64,000 nt of DNA, taken from assembly GCF_964204865.1 (NCBI RefSeq), contig NC_135251.1, forward strand, positions 20,522,001-20,586,000. Direction: 5' to 3'. Below, one piece after another: positions 50,933 through 64,000 of this stretch. The translations under genes and the position numbers were made by a program. Below the pieces are notes generated by a model that saw only the letters and a list, made by a program, of their open reading frames with translations, did no database searches and had not been told where the DNA came from. Source of the DNA: Styela clava (taxonomy: Eukaryota). Numbering within the stretch: position 1 is the first letter of the stretch; each line of letters starts with the position of its first letter.

Positions 50933-51042
50933 GACGCTCCCGAAGTATGAGCACCAAGATGGCGCACAACCTGAACCCTAACCTGGTACACATACTACGT
51001 TCAGGTTGTGCGCCATCTTGGTGCACATTCTTATGGAGGTCC
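50933..51042. mobile_element. Short palindromic MITE, second copy (inverted relative to 24674-24784)
   Basis: GCACCAAGATGGCGCACAACCTGAAC / GTTCAGGTTGTGCGCCATCTTGGTGC perfect inverted arms. Confidence 0.88.
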
Positions 51043-54000
51043 TTATGTGAACCACCTACTCGTGAAGTACTCTTATATTAAAAATTGTGCTTTTTCTACA
51101 CGATATTATCACGCCTAGATATATTTCAGGAAAATAAACATTCGTGCCAATCTTCCGCTACATTTATCTATATGTCATAATGCTTTTTATAAAATTTGGA
51201 TCAGCTATATTCTGCTCACATCAGAATTAGGAACAAATTTTTAGGTCAAAATGAGATTGTTTTCGAACTGAATTGAAAGGCTATAAAAATCATTCTTCAA
51301 AAGTGTTTTTATTTTCTATTTCATTAAGGAAGTAAATTCATGAATGTGTTATAATTCCTTGGAGAAAAATTGTGTTCATGCGGTATATTCACACGATTGT
51401 TGTTGGCATTTGGCGAGTTATGGTGTTCAATCTGTTTGGTAGAGGCTGTAGAAGGTCGATGGGTACTTTTTTGATACAAAGGTAAATATTTCGTTAATTT
51501 CTGCGTTTTACTTCGCCTTTCACAGAGAGAATTTATTGTCCAAACATAGGGTAGTGAATGTGCTGAATTCATAAAATAATAATACTTTTATAGAAAAACT
51601 ATGCACAATTTATTCGGATAAATTTGCAAATCCGTCAGATTCAAAAAGTTTGAATCTTGCTGGAAACGTAAGTATTTGTTTACCTGTCGAAAGCTAATAA
51701 TATTTTGGAACGCTATTTTTGAATTCTAAGCAAAACCCTTCACATACAATTTAAAGCAAAACAAAGTGCTTACAATTATCGGATTTATATATTTTATCTT
51801 CCAGAAGATTCGTGATAAAATCATTTTGTCAGGTTATACGTCCCATACTTGGTTGGAATCTGGTTTGCCGCTCGGCCAAAGTATTACCTCGACTGAAAAG
51901 TTCGTTTACGTCAATTTTTCGTTGAAAGCGATAAAAATGATAAAATCAAATGCACTGCAAAAAATCTGGCCAGATGTCCGGAATGTGGAGATTTCTTTCT
52001 AGGGGGTGTGATTTTCTAATAAATATTTAAACGTCATCCGAAACCGAAGCTAACAGAAAAGAATGTCGTAGTATTGTTCATTCATTCTAAAAATAATGAC
52101 TAACAACAGCCTCGTTACAGACGTACAACCTTAAACAGATCAAAAATGTATCGCAATATTTTTTGTTTCTACGCTGAAAAGATATAAACTGTTATTGATT
52201 AAAGAAAAGAATGTAGTAATAAACAAATTAACAAATGAATAAACAAACAAATAAATGAATACATCCATAACTTTTCGGGGAAATTGTTTTTTAAAATTTG
52301 TTTTTAATTTGTTGAGCATTGAGCCAAAGAGTAACCCGTTTTAGCTGATGCTCCATGGATAGTTTAATTAAAATGTGCAGTATTACATACTTTTATGTAT
52401 ATAGGCGGACTAATAATTGTGTTTTACATTACTTAGTGACATCGTCATCTTATCTTGACGTTTATTTCTACTCCATCTCACGCATACGCCGATGGCAAAA
52501 GACTTTAAAGGGAGAAACGGGGTACGATCTTCTATGACTGCTGTAGGGAGGATTCATGTTTTGGATGGGTAATGTATTTGAGCATAACGTAATAACCTAA
52601 TATATTTAAATCCCAAATGCGACTTAACCCATTAGTAATTCTGGGCAATAAACGATATTATCAAATAAATGATATAAATTCCGTGGTTAAAACTCGTTGC
52701 ATATTGTAAATATTGCAAAAATCGTGAAAGAAGTGTTATAAAAGTAAAAAAGTTGAAACATTTCGAGGTAAAAATAATATCTGATTACGGTTTATGAAAA
52801 TAAACATATCCAGACTTAAAAATGGCCAACCGTGCTGTTAGCAAAAATTAGACAAATTCCTGCAATTTAACGGCATTTTCAAATGACTTTTCCGCTTATA
52901 TCGCCACAACTATAATAGCCTACCTTGGATATCTAGAATAGATAAAACATCTCAATTGGACTGTTTCGTGACTTCAAATAAATGCTTTCAATCTAATACG
53001 CCGGTTTGGACGGCGCACGCAACAACAAAATTACTTTCCCTAATGAGGAACAAATCACTTATTAATGACATCGACCTGAAGGGCATGCACCGCCAACATA
53101 TCCTTTCATGAATCTCACGAAATCAAAATATATAATAATAATGCATTTGCTGAATTTTTATTTGCATTTATTCAATTTGAACGAAGTGTCTGCATGCGGG
53201 AGGAATAATCAGCTTCTCGGTTCATCATGAACCTGAAATTTGCAGTAACCGAGGCCGGGATATTTGAGCAAGAATATTTCAATTTTTTTTTACAGTGTTT
53301 TGTAGGTTTTTATGGTATGCAAATTCGGGTATACCGGAAACAGCAAGACACGAAAACTGTAATTGAAATCAAATTGCGCAATAAATTGCTCCACCTCAAT
53401 GCGATGCGAATTAAAATTTTAAGATAAAACGAACGATTAATGTACATCTTTTTGAATTTTAGACCATAAATTAGTGAGAAGAAATTTACTGAAATATAAC
53501 AAAATGAGAATGGTTTCACATTTATGTTAAGAGATATTTTCCACATTCTATATCTATTTGCAAACGCTATTTTTATTTTCTGTTTATTTAATTTTGACGG
53601 GTTCAACATATTTATAGATATATTTCAAGCTAAGCGATATAGCCAAAAATTGGAAATATTCGAAAATAAAGTAGGCGAAAATTAGTTACCTCAATTTTGG
53701 TACACATACTTCTGGGGCGCCTATAATTATACTGCAATACGGCATGACATGATATGACAAATATTCTCCAGGTCAGTACATCTCAAGCCCACGAAGAAGG
53801 AAATATTTGTTACATTGAAAACTCCATTCACAATCAGAATAAGACCTTATTTTGAGGAAATACAAAATTCACATTCTGCAACATTTTTAATTTTTATTGG
53901 CATTGTGAAATTAGTAGTAAAATATCACCACGTTGTATGACCATTTTACTTTTTTTACCACTTTTACGTATCAATTCATTCAGCACACCAAAAAATAATA

Positions 54001-54927
54001 TATAATATAAAAGGTATATTAGTAGATGCTCTCTCTTTGTATGAAGAAACTTAAATATTCCTCGAGTTTGCACAGAATTTTAATAACCATATTGGGAATC
54101 AAAAGATTTCACTCACAAATTACACATTCAGTTCCGAAGTAAAAACTCGAGATGTAAAAAGCACAAAATGTACGTCAGGAATCTAAGTTACGACCCAAAT
54201 AAATACTAGATATGTTCGCCAGTGTAGGTCAATTTTATTTTATTACTTTACTTTTGATAGTTCTCACTTCACTGAGTCTATCGTTAATCTATCGTGCTCT
54301 CGTCTATAGAGCAGATAATTGAAAAATGATATTGGTATCGTTGCAGTACGAATGGCAAGAAGGAATATAAATCACAGTGACGATTCGATACGAATAAGAC
54401 AAATTTAGATGCAGTCAGTTTCAACTCAAATTCAATCTTTTCAGCAAAGTACCATTGTTTATATTAAACATGGGTGTAAGTAGCGGATCAACACTCGTGC
54501 AGAATGACAAGGTTGCACACGGAATGATTATTGAACGGTTTATCGCCCGACCAATCAGCTGTGCCAAGTTGAAACGTATTGTACAATTGAGCTCCAGTGA
54601 ATACGATCCGTTTTTTTTTTTTAAATAATAGCACTCTGTATTGCCTGCTGCTTCGTTGCTAGCAGATACTGCTGTTGGAGATATCCGTTGAATGACATAA
54701 TCTATTCGTTTTGCAACTACAATGCAAATTATCGATACAGACTTTGAGTCATAGAAGTAAGTATTGCTCATGCTAACATTACATAAAAGAAAAGTCTAAC
54801 ATTGCACCCGATATCAAATTGCTCATTCAGCCGAAGCTTTTGTTCTTTTCAAGTGTCAAGTTATTGCTATTCAGCTTCCATAGTGGAATTTGCTCAAATC
54901 GTTTCATGTATCAGCGGCCATCGGACG

Positions 54928-57235
54928 TCATCGTTCATGATAATTTTCATTTGAAAACACTCGCTGACCAAACGATGCGTCTGATGGAGCGGGTGGAACA
55001 TACTTTGCCCTTTTTGACTGCAGACGATCACATTTAGGAAACAGTATATGACGCCAGTTTGCGAAACACCCAACAACAAAAATAGAGTTAACCACCAAGT
55101 TGAAATCAAAAAGAAATCGGGAAAAGACTTCGGAGTTTCGTGTTTGTAAGTGACGATGCGCCGTCACCATAAAAATACCGGCGACGACGTCGCTAATAAA
55201 TGCCACTGAAGCACATACAACGCATCTACGTGCAGCCCGATACATGGGACTTGCTGACTCGAGGTTTGACCTTTTGACTGATGATCTTGAACCATTCCGT
55301 TTCCAGGAAGAGCTAACAGTAAAAATATTCGAGTCTCGAATCCCAATTCCAATAACATTAGACTCTTGAGCACCTAATGTCCTACTCGGCCCACTATTAG
55401 AGTGCTTCTTTTTAATATTTCCGCCACCTAGTGTCTTCCGTCGATCCTGTCCGTGTTTTAGCAGGGGATACAAGAAGAGTGCCATCAACGCAGATTGAAC
55501 CAAAACACAACCAATGAGCCAGGTTAGATAGACCCACGTCGGGTCGCTGAAGTCGTGAAGGAAGCATGTCAGTATGATCTGAAATTAAAATATTTAAAGT
55601 ATGTATTATGAACAGGTGCGTAATCACGTCATACGTCTATAAGCTTGTTTAATTATTCAGGATTGTGAAGTTTACCTTCCACAGACTGTAGTAAGGAATT
55701 ACGGATCACTCAAAAACATTTTCGCACACGATGAGAAACCTGACGATACATACACGGCTACAAACATATTTTGCAAGAAAGGAAAACGCTTAAATTTTCC
55801 ATTTCATATATCGGTAGAATGATTCTGGCGTGTTTTATCAGTTCACCATGAGCTACTAATACAGTCCATCACCTAGCCTACAGGATTAATTGGTAGTCAG
55901 CTAATTTTTACCAAAGTAATTGAAGACCTATCTTTTGCTCGACTTGTGTAAATATGTTTGAACTTATTTCACTGATCGTTATATAAAATACTTAAAATTA
56001 TCACCTATACGGCTATACATTACATTGAGTGACATGGGAACATATTTTCGGAGTCACCTGTCTGTATTGAGTACTTGGTATTAAAGATATGTATATGTTC
56101 ACAGTAGATAATTATCAATCCATGAGTCACTACAGGAAATGCGTTTAGTTCCAGATATTTTTACACATTATAAAAATCACAAATTCACCAAAATTAATGA
56201 AGGAGGACGAGGATGACAAACTCACTAACTTTACCAAAAACCACATCCATATTCGATAACGAAGCAAACACAATACTATATTTACCTGTGCAGCGCTGTT
56301 TATTGCCACAAAAATTAGGGATAACCAACTGAGACTTCGGAGAAGCCGACTGTTGAAAAGCCTCATAGCAGGTGCATCGTATAAAACTCTTTGTCTCAAC
56401 CAGAAGAAAACATAACCGAGCATAATGACGATACCATATATTAGAACACTTAGTTTGTTCATAATAAAGTCACAGCAGTTTGAATGCAGAAGAATCTAAA
56501 ACGAGAACAGGTCATCATGATAGATTAATATTTCAGTAGGCTGGAATGGTCTAATTTTGTGGATTATCATATGGGACTTGTATACAATTAAAGATTTAAA
56601 TTTATTTAGCCTTCCAAATACCCAAATCTCGTAATTATCGGCAAATGATATACTTTATTTCATATTTAAAGCGTAATATCTTTTAAACATCAAAATTGGT
56701 ATCTCTATAGGTGAGGCGATGTGTGTGAAATGCGTGTATGGCATTTATGATTTATTTAATAGGAGTACTAATTCAAATAAAATCAATTACATTCAAATTA
56801 ACATAAACAAATTTATATGGCTTAAACACTTTGCGATCGCAGAAAATGAATGAATGCTATGAATGAATGAAATCTTACTTGCTCAAATATAAAGTGGACG
56901 AGGCAGAACAGCGATATAGAAGCAGCAACAAATCTCATTGACAATGCTATTTTCCCATAGCCATTCGCCAAAGCTGCTGATGTCACTGTTTTCCGGGAAC
57001 GACGTCTCTTTTGCAGAAATCGGTGCAAATAAATGCATAGTACAACAAAAACGTACAAAGATATTCCAAAGAGAATTATAGACACTGAATAAAATACAAT
57101 GTCTATAGCATTATTCTCAAGTGTCACATTTTGACTGCTTGTTGAAACGGTGGCGCTTGTTGTCTTATCCATTGTTGTCGCTACATCGACTTCTCTTGAT
57201 GAAGTCATGCTGCGGCGTTCAACCATGAAACTCAT
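54928..57235 (-). CDS. Uncharacterised seven-transmembrane (GPCR-like) protein; exons 57235-56879, 56495-56286, 55578-54928 (~405 aa)
   Basis: Two phase-0 GT-AG introns join three ORF-track fragments. Seven hydrophobic segments, Ser/Thr-rich N-terminus with NVT sequon, Cys pair before TM3 and a long basic loop between TM5 and TM6. Confidence 0.82.
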
Positions 57236-60200
57236 GAGCTATTCGGTACTATACCATTGAACTATTGATGTTCTGTAAATAATATATTATAGAACTGTGA
57301 GATTTTTTACGCTATAGATTTTCTCCGAAACACGTTCTCTGAAACTCTCTTTTCTTTCTCAGAACCCTTAAAAAGAGGTAAATGTCAATCTATACAGTGA
57401 ACAACAGTTGTTAAATTTATGAGCATGTTCTTGGCGAAGTTACCGACCGACATCATTCTCTATAGATTGAATTAATCACCACCAGATGAACTGGGTATTC
57501 CCCGCTTTAACTGATTTTGTTCTCAGTCGTGCGTCTGCTTTGGAGAATAGTTTGGGGAATTTTAAAGTTGACCTAGCCACGTGATTACAATGATAAAGTG
57601 TTGAACCGACAGAGAGTACAATATAGATAAAATCAGGTACAAGATATCAAATAGAGTTAAATTGACACATCAGCTTAATAATGAAAAGAAAGCATCTGAT
57701 TACGCGTGATACCGGTAGGCTACCTATGCGATAGTATCACTTTTATAGAGATGTAGGCTACCTTAAACTTTATCTTCTTTCACATTCAGATTTATACTTG
57801 AACTTGAATATATAGTGTATAGTCACTGTATCGTGAACATAAATATTATGATCTCAAGTTGGACATGATTCTGTTTTTGAGTTTTAAGTCCAAGCAATAT
57901 GCTTTATACTTGACCTCGTTTCACGTAATTGTTCTGTAATAATAGGGCAATTTTGCCGCCGGTCAAGCTTAAACTAGAAATTACGGTAAGTGAAAAATAA
58001 ACAATCATCTCATATGTGGATGAAAACAATAAGAATCTATATCTAAAGTATAAAAAATGAGATCTCAGAAATCTTCACACGTGCGCTCCGACACATTTTA
58101 CAATTGATTTATTTGGTTTTGAATAAATAATCATCGATCAATTTGGAATGAGCAAACGATTTCTAAATGCCAGAACAACGGTAAACAAACCTTTTACGAG
58201 TTGCACGATTTCTTAGCACTTCTAAAATCACTTAGTTTAAATTACCATGATGGAAATTTCCCCAAATGATACAAACCTCTTTCAACTTTTGATTAATTGT
58301 ACAAGTGAAAGTTATTTAAGACTGTTTTGGGGCAATTTTCTTCACAAGAAACTGCGTCATTTATCAAATATGTCAGATTTTAAACGTAAAATGTTACGTG
58401 TGACTAAAATCTGATGCAATTTCACTTTTGAAATTCGCCCCGCTTGAACCACATAAACACGTTTAGAGACATATGAAGATGTCTTGTATATGCTCTGTTG
58501 TTAGTCATTGAACAACGAAACTGACATAGGACACGTTCAGATTTGTAATATTTATAAACGACTTGGAGTTACACTAAGTTGAAAACTTTATTTGTGTACC
58601 TCTATCTACGTTAAGTATGCTGCTAGTAATATAAAATATTGAATTCCGAACGATACTCCGCTAACAAATTTTAATATATATATATATATAACAACTGTTC
58701 TTTATCCTTTGGTCGTTTCTGGTTTATGCTAGCAACAAACATTTTGATAACGATCTGAAAATAAACAAAGATCCTAAGATAGGACCGATGTTTATTATTA
58801 GTTATAATAAGGAAGTGGATATTTTAAAATAATAAATAAAAATAAATATGCGCATTTAAAAAAATTAAACGTGTCTAAGGGAAATATAAACATCCAAGTG
58901 TCATGAGCATGTCCCGAGACAACGATTACCAGGTTAAAATAAGGTTAAACACGTATACGATTGGTTAATTATATATAGCAACTAAAATACATGAAAATGT
59001 GATCAGTTGGCTTATACTTCGAAATTAAACTTCACTTTAAATCTATCGTTATAGTGAAAGTATTCAAGGTTATATACATAAAAATACGGCATGATTTTAG
59101 CAAATTTCCCCCGCATAACTCATGCAAGCAATATAAAAGTATGAACAATATTTCCACACGTAGTGTTTTGTATAAATCAATAATTACGTGTGGCAATATG
59201 TAGGGAATAATGTGAAACTCAATTCAAATGATCGTTTTTTTGTATTATCATCATGATCCAGGTGATAATATCATTCACAAAATCAAACAACCATTTGAAA
59301 TGAAAGTCACTATTTGACTTGATAGCTGTTCAACTTTGCTATTAGCCAAGAAATTTCATAATAATTTTCTCCTATTTTTTGCCATCTCGCCCAGTTTAAA
59401 ATCTAAAGTGATGACTCAGTATATTCCCTGTAAAGTTTAACTCGAGGTCAAGATTACATGTTAAGTACAACTGAATGAATCTAACAATAGGGCAAGCCTT
59501 GTATTCCAATTTAAATATTGCGATTTCATGTCAAACATTTAAACCCAGATCACATAAACTATTGTTTATTCGATGATGTGACGTAATGATACGAGGGTGT
59601 GTCGAGATATTATCACAATATTTATAATAAACTGCTTAATATTTTTGTAACATTACCATATTTCCCTCATGGCAAATATCGCGGCCTTGCTCGATTAATT
59701 AAACGGTACCTTTAGCCAGTACAAAAACGCAATAAAGCATACTTACGTGTTTATATCATTATGATTTTGCAATGTTATTACAAATATCATGACAAGTATT
59801 TTTTCTCAATATTCTGTTTTGTGAATGTCAATATATATATGTTTCTGAACATATTAAATTAAAATACCCCTCGTTGGAGTCAATCCATGTTCACTCCTGT
59901 ATGCTCACAAAACTCCATTGAGATTTAGGTAAAATTACGACTGAATAAGGCTTATGTCCCTCTTATAGTTAACCGAAAACATTTTCGAAGATAGAGTTGT
60001 AAACTAGTGTTCTATAATGCAGTGGCTTATAACTATTTCATGGCATCGCAGCTTTAAAAAAGCTCTGATTTGAGTCTTGCTAAGTTTGATAATTTTTTAG
60101 TCCGAGCCCTTATTAAAGTGAAACTGATAAATTTATTATACAAATAATGTCCTCCACAAAAATGAGTTTACTTAGCAGTTCTCGCTACTCGAGAATTATA

Positions 60201-63200
60201 TATTTATATTTTCAGAGCTTTCCTGATGAATAAAAAAATCGCAACAACCATAATTCCATGTAAATTATATTTATCTTTGTTGTTTAATATTACCTTGATC
60301 TACTCTCAAAATAAACTCTTCTAACATAGTCGTTCTGTATAACTAACAGTATAATGTTGTTGTAAAGTTTAAAACCACCATCACTAGAAATTACGACTTA
60401 TTCCATAACGGCTCATATCTACAAAGCAATTTCCTCGCGTATACGTATGTCATGGCCACTAGTTACACCAGATTTAATTTTAGTGAAATAACAAAACATT
60501 TGCTCATAATTAGTATAACCTTTCAACAACAGCTATCTAACATTATATCGCAATTACTTAGTAATAGATCAAGTATTACCAAGTAAATATTTCCTGCGAG
60601 ATAGAGAAACCCCTTATGCCGACGAACGCATTAACCGGACTGAATGTAAACTCGTGCGCTTGTGGGTTTTGATGAATGATAGAATTTCTCAGAAAGTTTC
60701 CCGTGGCGTTTTTCTCGTAGTTGAAGCAACGAAAGAAATCTTATTGAATTCTGAGACGGCGGTCTCATAAAATTTTAAATAGGTTTTGCCCATAATACCT
60801 GTCGATACACGCGGATTCAATTGCTAAGCCTAATGTTGAGAAAATTCAGTAAAATTGAGTCAAGTTGAGACTGAAGTAAATGATGGTCTAATACTCTAAT
60901 ACATGATTTACCCGAAATTCGCTTTCGAATTACAAATTATATTTTATATACGACCTCGCCGTTTTTATTTCAGAGATATTATATCGGACGGATATTTAAA
61001 TCTTTCGACATTGTCTCGCTAGACATGCTTTTTTTAGCTGTCGTGCCCGGTTTGATCTTATTCTTTTACTGCCAGTGGATCTTATTTCTCAATAAAGTCA
61101 CCTCGTTCAGGCTCAATTTTTATAAAATATCATTACAACGATTCAAATAGCTGTACATTTAGTTCCAAGGTAAATATTATTAATGCAGTTACAATCATTC
61201 GTTTTCTTCACTGACAACGCTTATTTCTATACCACGCTTCCAATAAATGTTAAAATTTACATCTTAGTACTAAAATGGGCAAGACAATCTCTAACTGCAA
61301 TGAGGATGATACAATATTTTATTACTTTCAATGTTCAATATAGAAATACGCTTCACCTAAGTGGAATACGCCAGTCGTAGACTAGTACGGTGTTTACTGT
61401 ATGTATCAGGATTAAGTGGATATGGAGTTAGCTACTATCATTAATAGATAAAAATGTTTAGATAAAAATATAACTTCGTGATTGTAAAAATAAATCCTCA
61501 CTATAAATAACTAAAGCAGAAGCACGAAAAAATATTGAGGTTAGATAAAGTCGTTGCACGACGATTTGCACAAGACAATGAAGGAAATCGGTACCAATAT
61601 GTACCGCTAACACGAGCGTCGTTCTATAAATGTTACTGACTCACAGTAGACCACACACGAGTGCGGATGTGAATTCGAATCGAGAGTGATTTTACTACAC
61701 ATTCTTTTAATGTTAACGATATATTAGTAAAGATTGTCAAACAATTTTTAGACGGAAATGAAATAAAAATCAAATTGCAAAATATCGTCAAGAGTTATTA
61801 TTCCAATAACTTGAACAATTTGGATAAACTATTGCTACGTCCTTAAGAAATTAATCCCGACCGGCCCTGTCTTTCTGTCAAATGTTTAAAAAACGCAATG
61901 TTACTTCCCAATCAAACTCATAGCTGCCTCCACTATAATTCTGCCAAAAGTACCAATTTCGACATTTTTGGCATAAATATTTAAATTTTCTAGTGATTGA
62001 TCCATACCTGCGCATTTTTTGTCGATTTCAACATTAGGGTGACATCATTGCCTACATGACCGAGGACGTCATTGAGGATTTGCACGCGATATAACTTTCC
62101 TTTTTTATTTTTGAATTTTTGAAACATTCAGTAACAACGAGCACATTAAATAAATTTAATAATAGCAAACGGTACACCGCGCGATTTTAATCAGGTAGCA
62201 AGTCATGATGTTGGTCAAAGCCAATAAACAAGTGCATATTTAGCCGACCCGACTCGAGTGATGATAAGGCATCATTCTCAGTCGAGTACTTGGTTTCCAG
62301 ATAATATCATAAAATTTTTCTAATAACTATTTGAAGTCGTTGGAGGGAATTAGAATTGTATTCCAGTCTTCAATTACCGTATTAACGTATCTTATACAAA
62401 ATGTAAAAAAATCCTTCGTTATAACACTGTCAGCAATGAAATCAAAAACGTTTTGTTAAAATCAGATAGAGTGACTTGTTTAACGTGTCTTTCTGCTAAG
62501 TATATACTCCAGTCTGGCGCATTTATCCATTAATCCCTAAAAAATTGATGGGGCGGCCATAAAAAAGGCTATGACAGAGCAATACATGTTATACCTTGCA
62601 TATATCGTGCTCATCTAAGTCAAATGGTTTCGCAAACTTCCTCTAGTTTCCCCTCCCTCACCGCTGTACTCTAGACTAAATTAAAAAATGTTATATGAGC
62701 GAGTACGTTTTTAGCAAAGGTTATTTTTGTTTTTGAAATGGTGGCGGGCGGTATACAAATAATCTCTCTCCCCGCTCTTTATGGAGTTTCATCATATTTA
62801 CCCTAATACCTAATTCTACCAAAAACCAACGAAAAGCCTAAACATCTACCTACGTTATTGTTGTACAATATAAAATTTATGTTTAGTATATAGATTAATA
62901 TTTAATCATAATAGTAATCAGCGCCTTCACATCGCACTTTTCTACAATCGTATAATCTTTTATAATAACGTATGAACTTCTTATAACCTTGACATTTACA
63001 AATACTCTACACAGCAGTTTTAAAAAGATTTTAATCGCGCTTCCCCGATTTTTATATGGTTGTATTAAAGGTGCGATTTTTCTTTATATACGTGACAAAC
63101 AATAGTCGAGTTGCCCTGAACTAACATGACTTGCAATTGGCGCTCATTCAATTCTGTAATCATTGATCGAGAAAAATATTTTGAAATCAAGAACGGACAA

Positions 63201-64000
63201 CGAGCATCAGAAAGTATCGGACATATATATTCTAAGCTTGACTGGACAAGGTCCTACGAAGACCTGGGGAACAGCTTCGTGACTGTCACATAATATGCTC
63301 AAAGATGTAAGAATGACAGGACAAAATCAAACTGTCCTAAAATGAATAAATCAAATAAATTGTTTCGACACAAAGAAATATATTTTGTGTAAAAAATATT
63401 ATTTCGAGTTGTGAATAATTGATGCGATTCTGTCATTTTTCATAAATTCAACTTCTCCTGGGTTGAAGAGCGAGTTCATTAATTTAAATTTAAACCGTTA
63501 GACTAAGGTAAAGTTATAGTTATGTCAAATATTTTTGCTACTACCGGCGCCACACCTCCGACTATGGATATTAATGAATGACAAGCCTGTCGGTTGGAAA
63601 TTTGGTTAACGATTCTAAACAGCAGTGTTTGAATATTTTATTTTGGCGATGTTCTTCTTTTACATATCTATTTATATTTTTTATATTTGTTCATTGATTT
63701 GCTATATTAATGGATTTGGTAGTTACAACAACCCACCTTTTCCGGTTGAATATTTGCAGTCAGCACTTCAATTACACAATATATTGGGCCACAATTGAGA
63801 ATGAGGATGGTACATTTCATCAAAACATGAAAATAGTATCACAACAAATCTCGAAGGACACCAATTATGGCAACTACTCATCACCTCCAGTTATGATGTC
63901 ACACATACAGATGATTTTATTATCAATAATCAATTTCAATTACTTCCTGGTTCGTCTCGATTCCTGATTAACATCCAATCAGACTTGAGATTATTAGGAA

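Noticed and set aside
63710-64000. 85-aa ORF or possible decayed coding sequence at the window edge
   Set aside because: No recognisable motif and no consistent splice structure; it may continue beyond the window.

Overview
AT-rich eukaryotic genomic DNA with spliceosomal introns. An ascidian tunicate (Styela-like) is inferred from the gene set, compact operon-like layout, repeats and an orphan 7TM gene, but not proven. Bases 1-49.4 kb are a dense block of housekeeping genes: RNF220 (last exon), TAMM41(-), a UBE2V/UEV-like E2 variant(-), MEMO1(+), FIG4(-), RNLS(+), POLE3(+), LRRC42(+), HAUS3(+, 13 exons), AP1M1(+, 12 exons), EIF2D(-, 11 exons) and JMJD8(-). Bases 49.5-64 kb are gene-poor and hold one 3-exon orphan 7TM receptor-like gene(-). 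Introns and spacers carry tRNA-derived SINEs, hAT and Tc1/pogo MITEs, a palindromic MITE and a minisatellite. Most notable: (1) a Penelope-type minimal hammerhead ribozyme in sense orientation in AP1M1 intron 2; (2) a UEV with Cys at the E2 catalytic position; (3) candidate SL-trans-spliced operons led by intronless genes; (4) palindromic (GGTACC)n tracts near inferred promoters; (5) a GC-AG intron required by the EIF2D reading frame. Exon coordinates were derived by hand from splice signals and reading frame, and gene names come from remembered family sequences, not from database searches.
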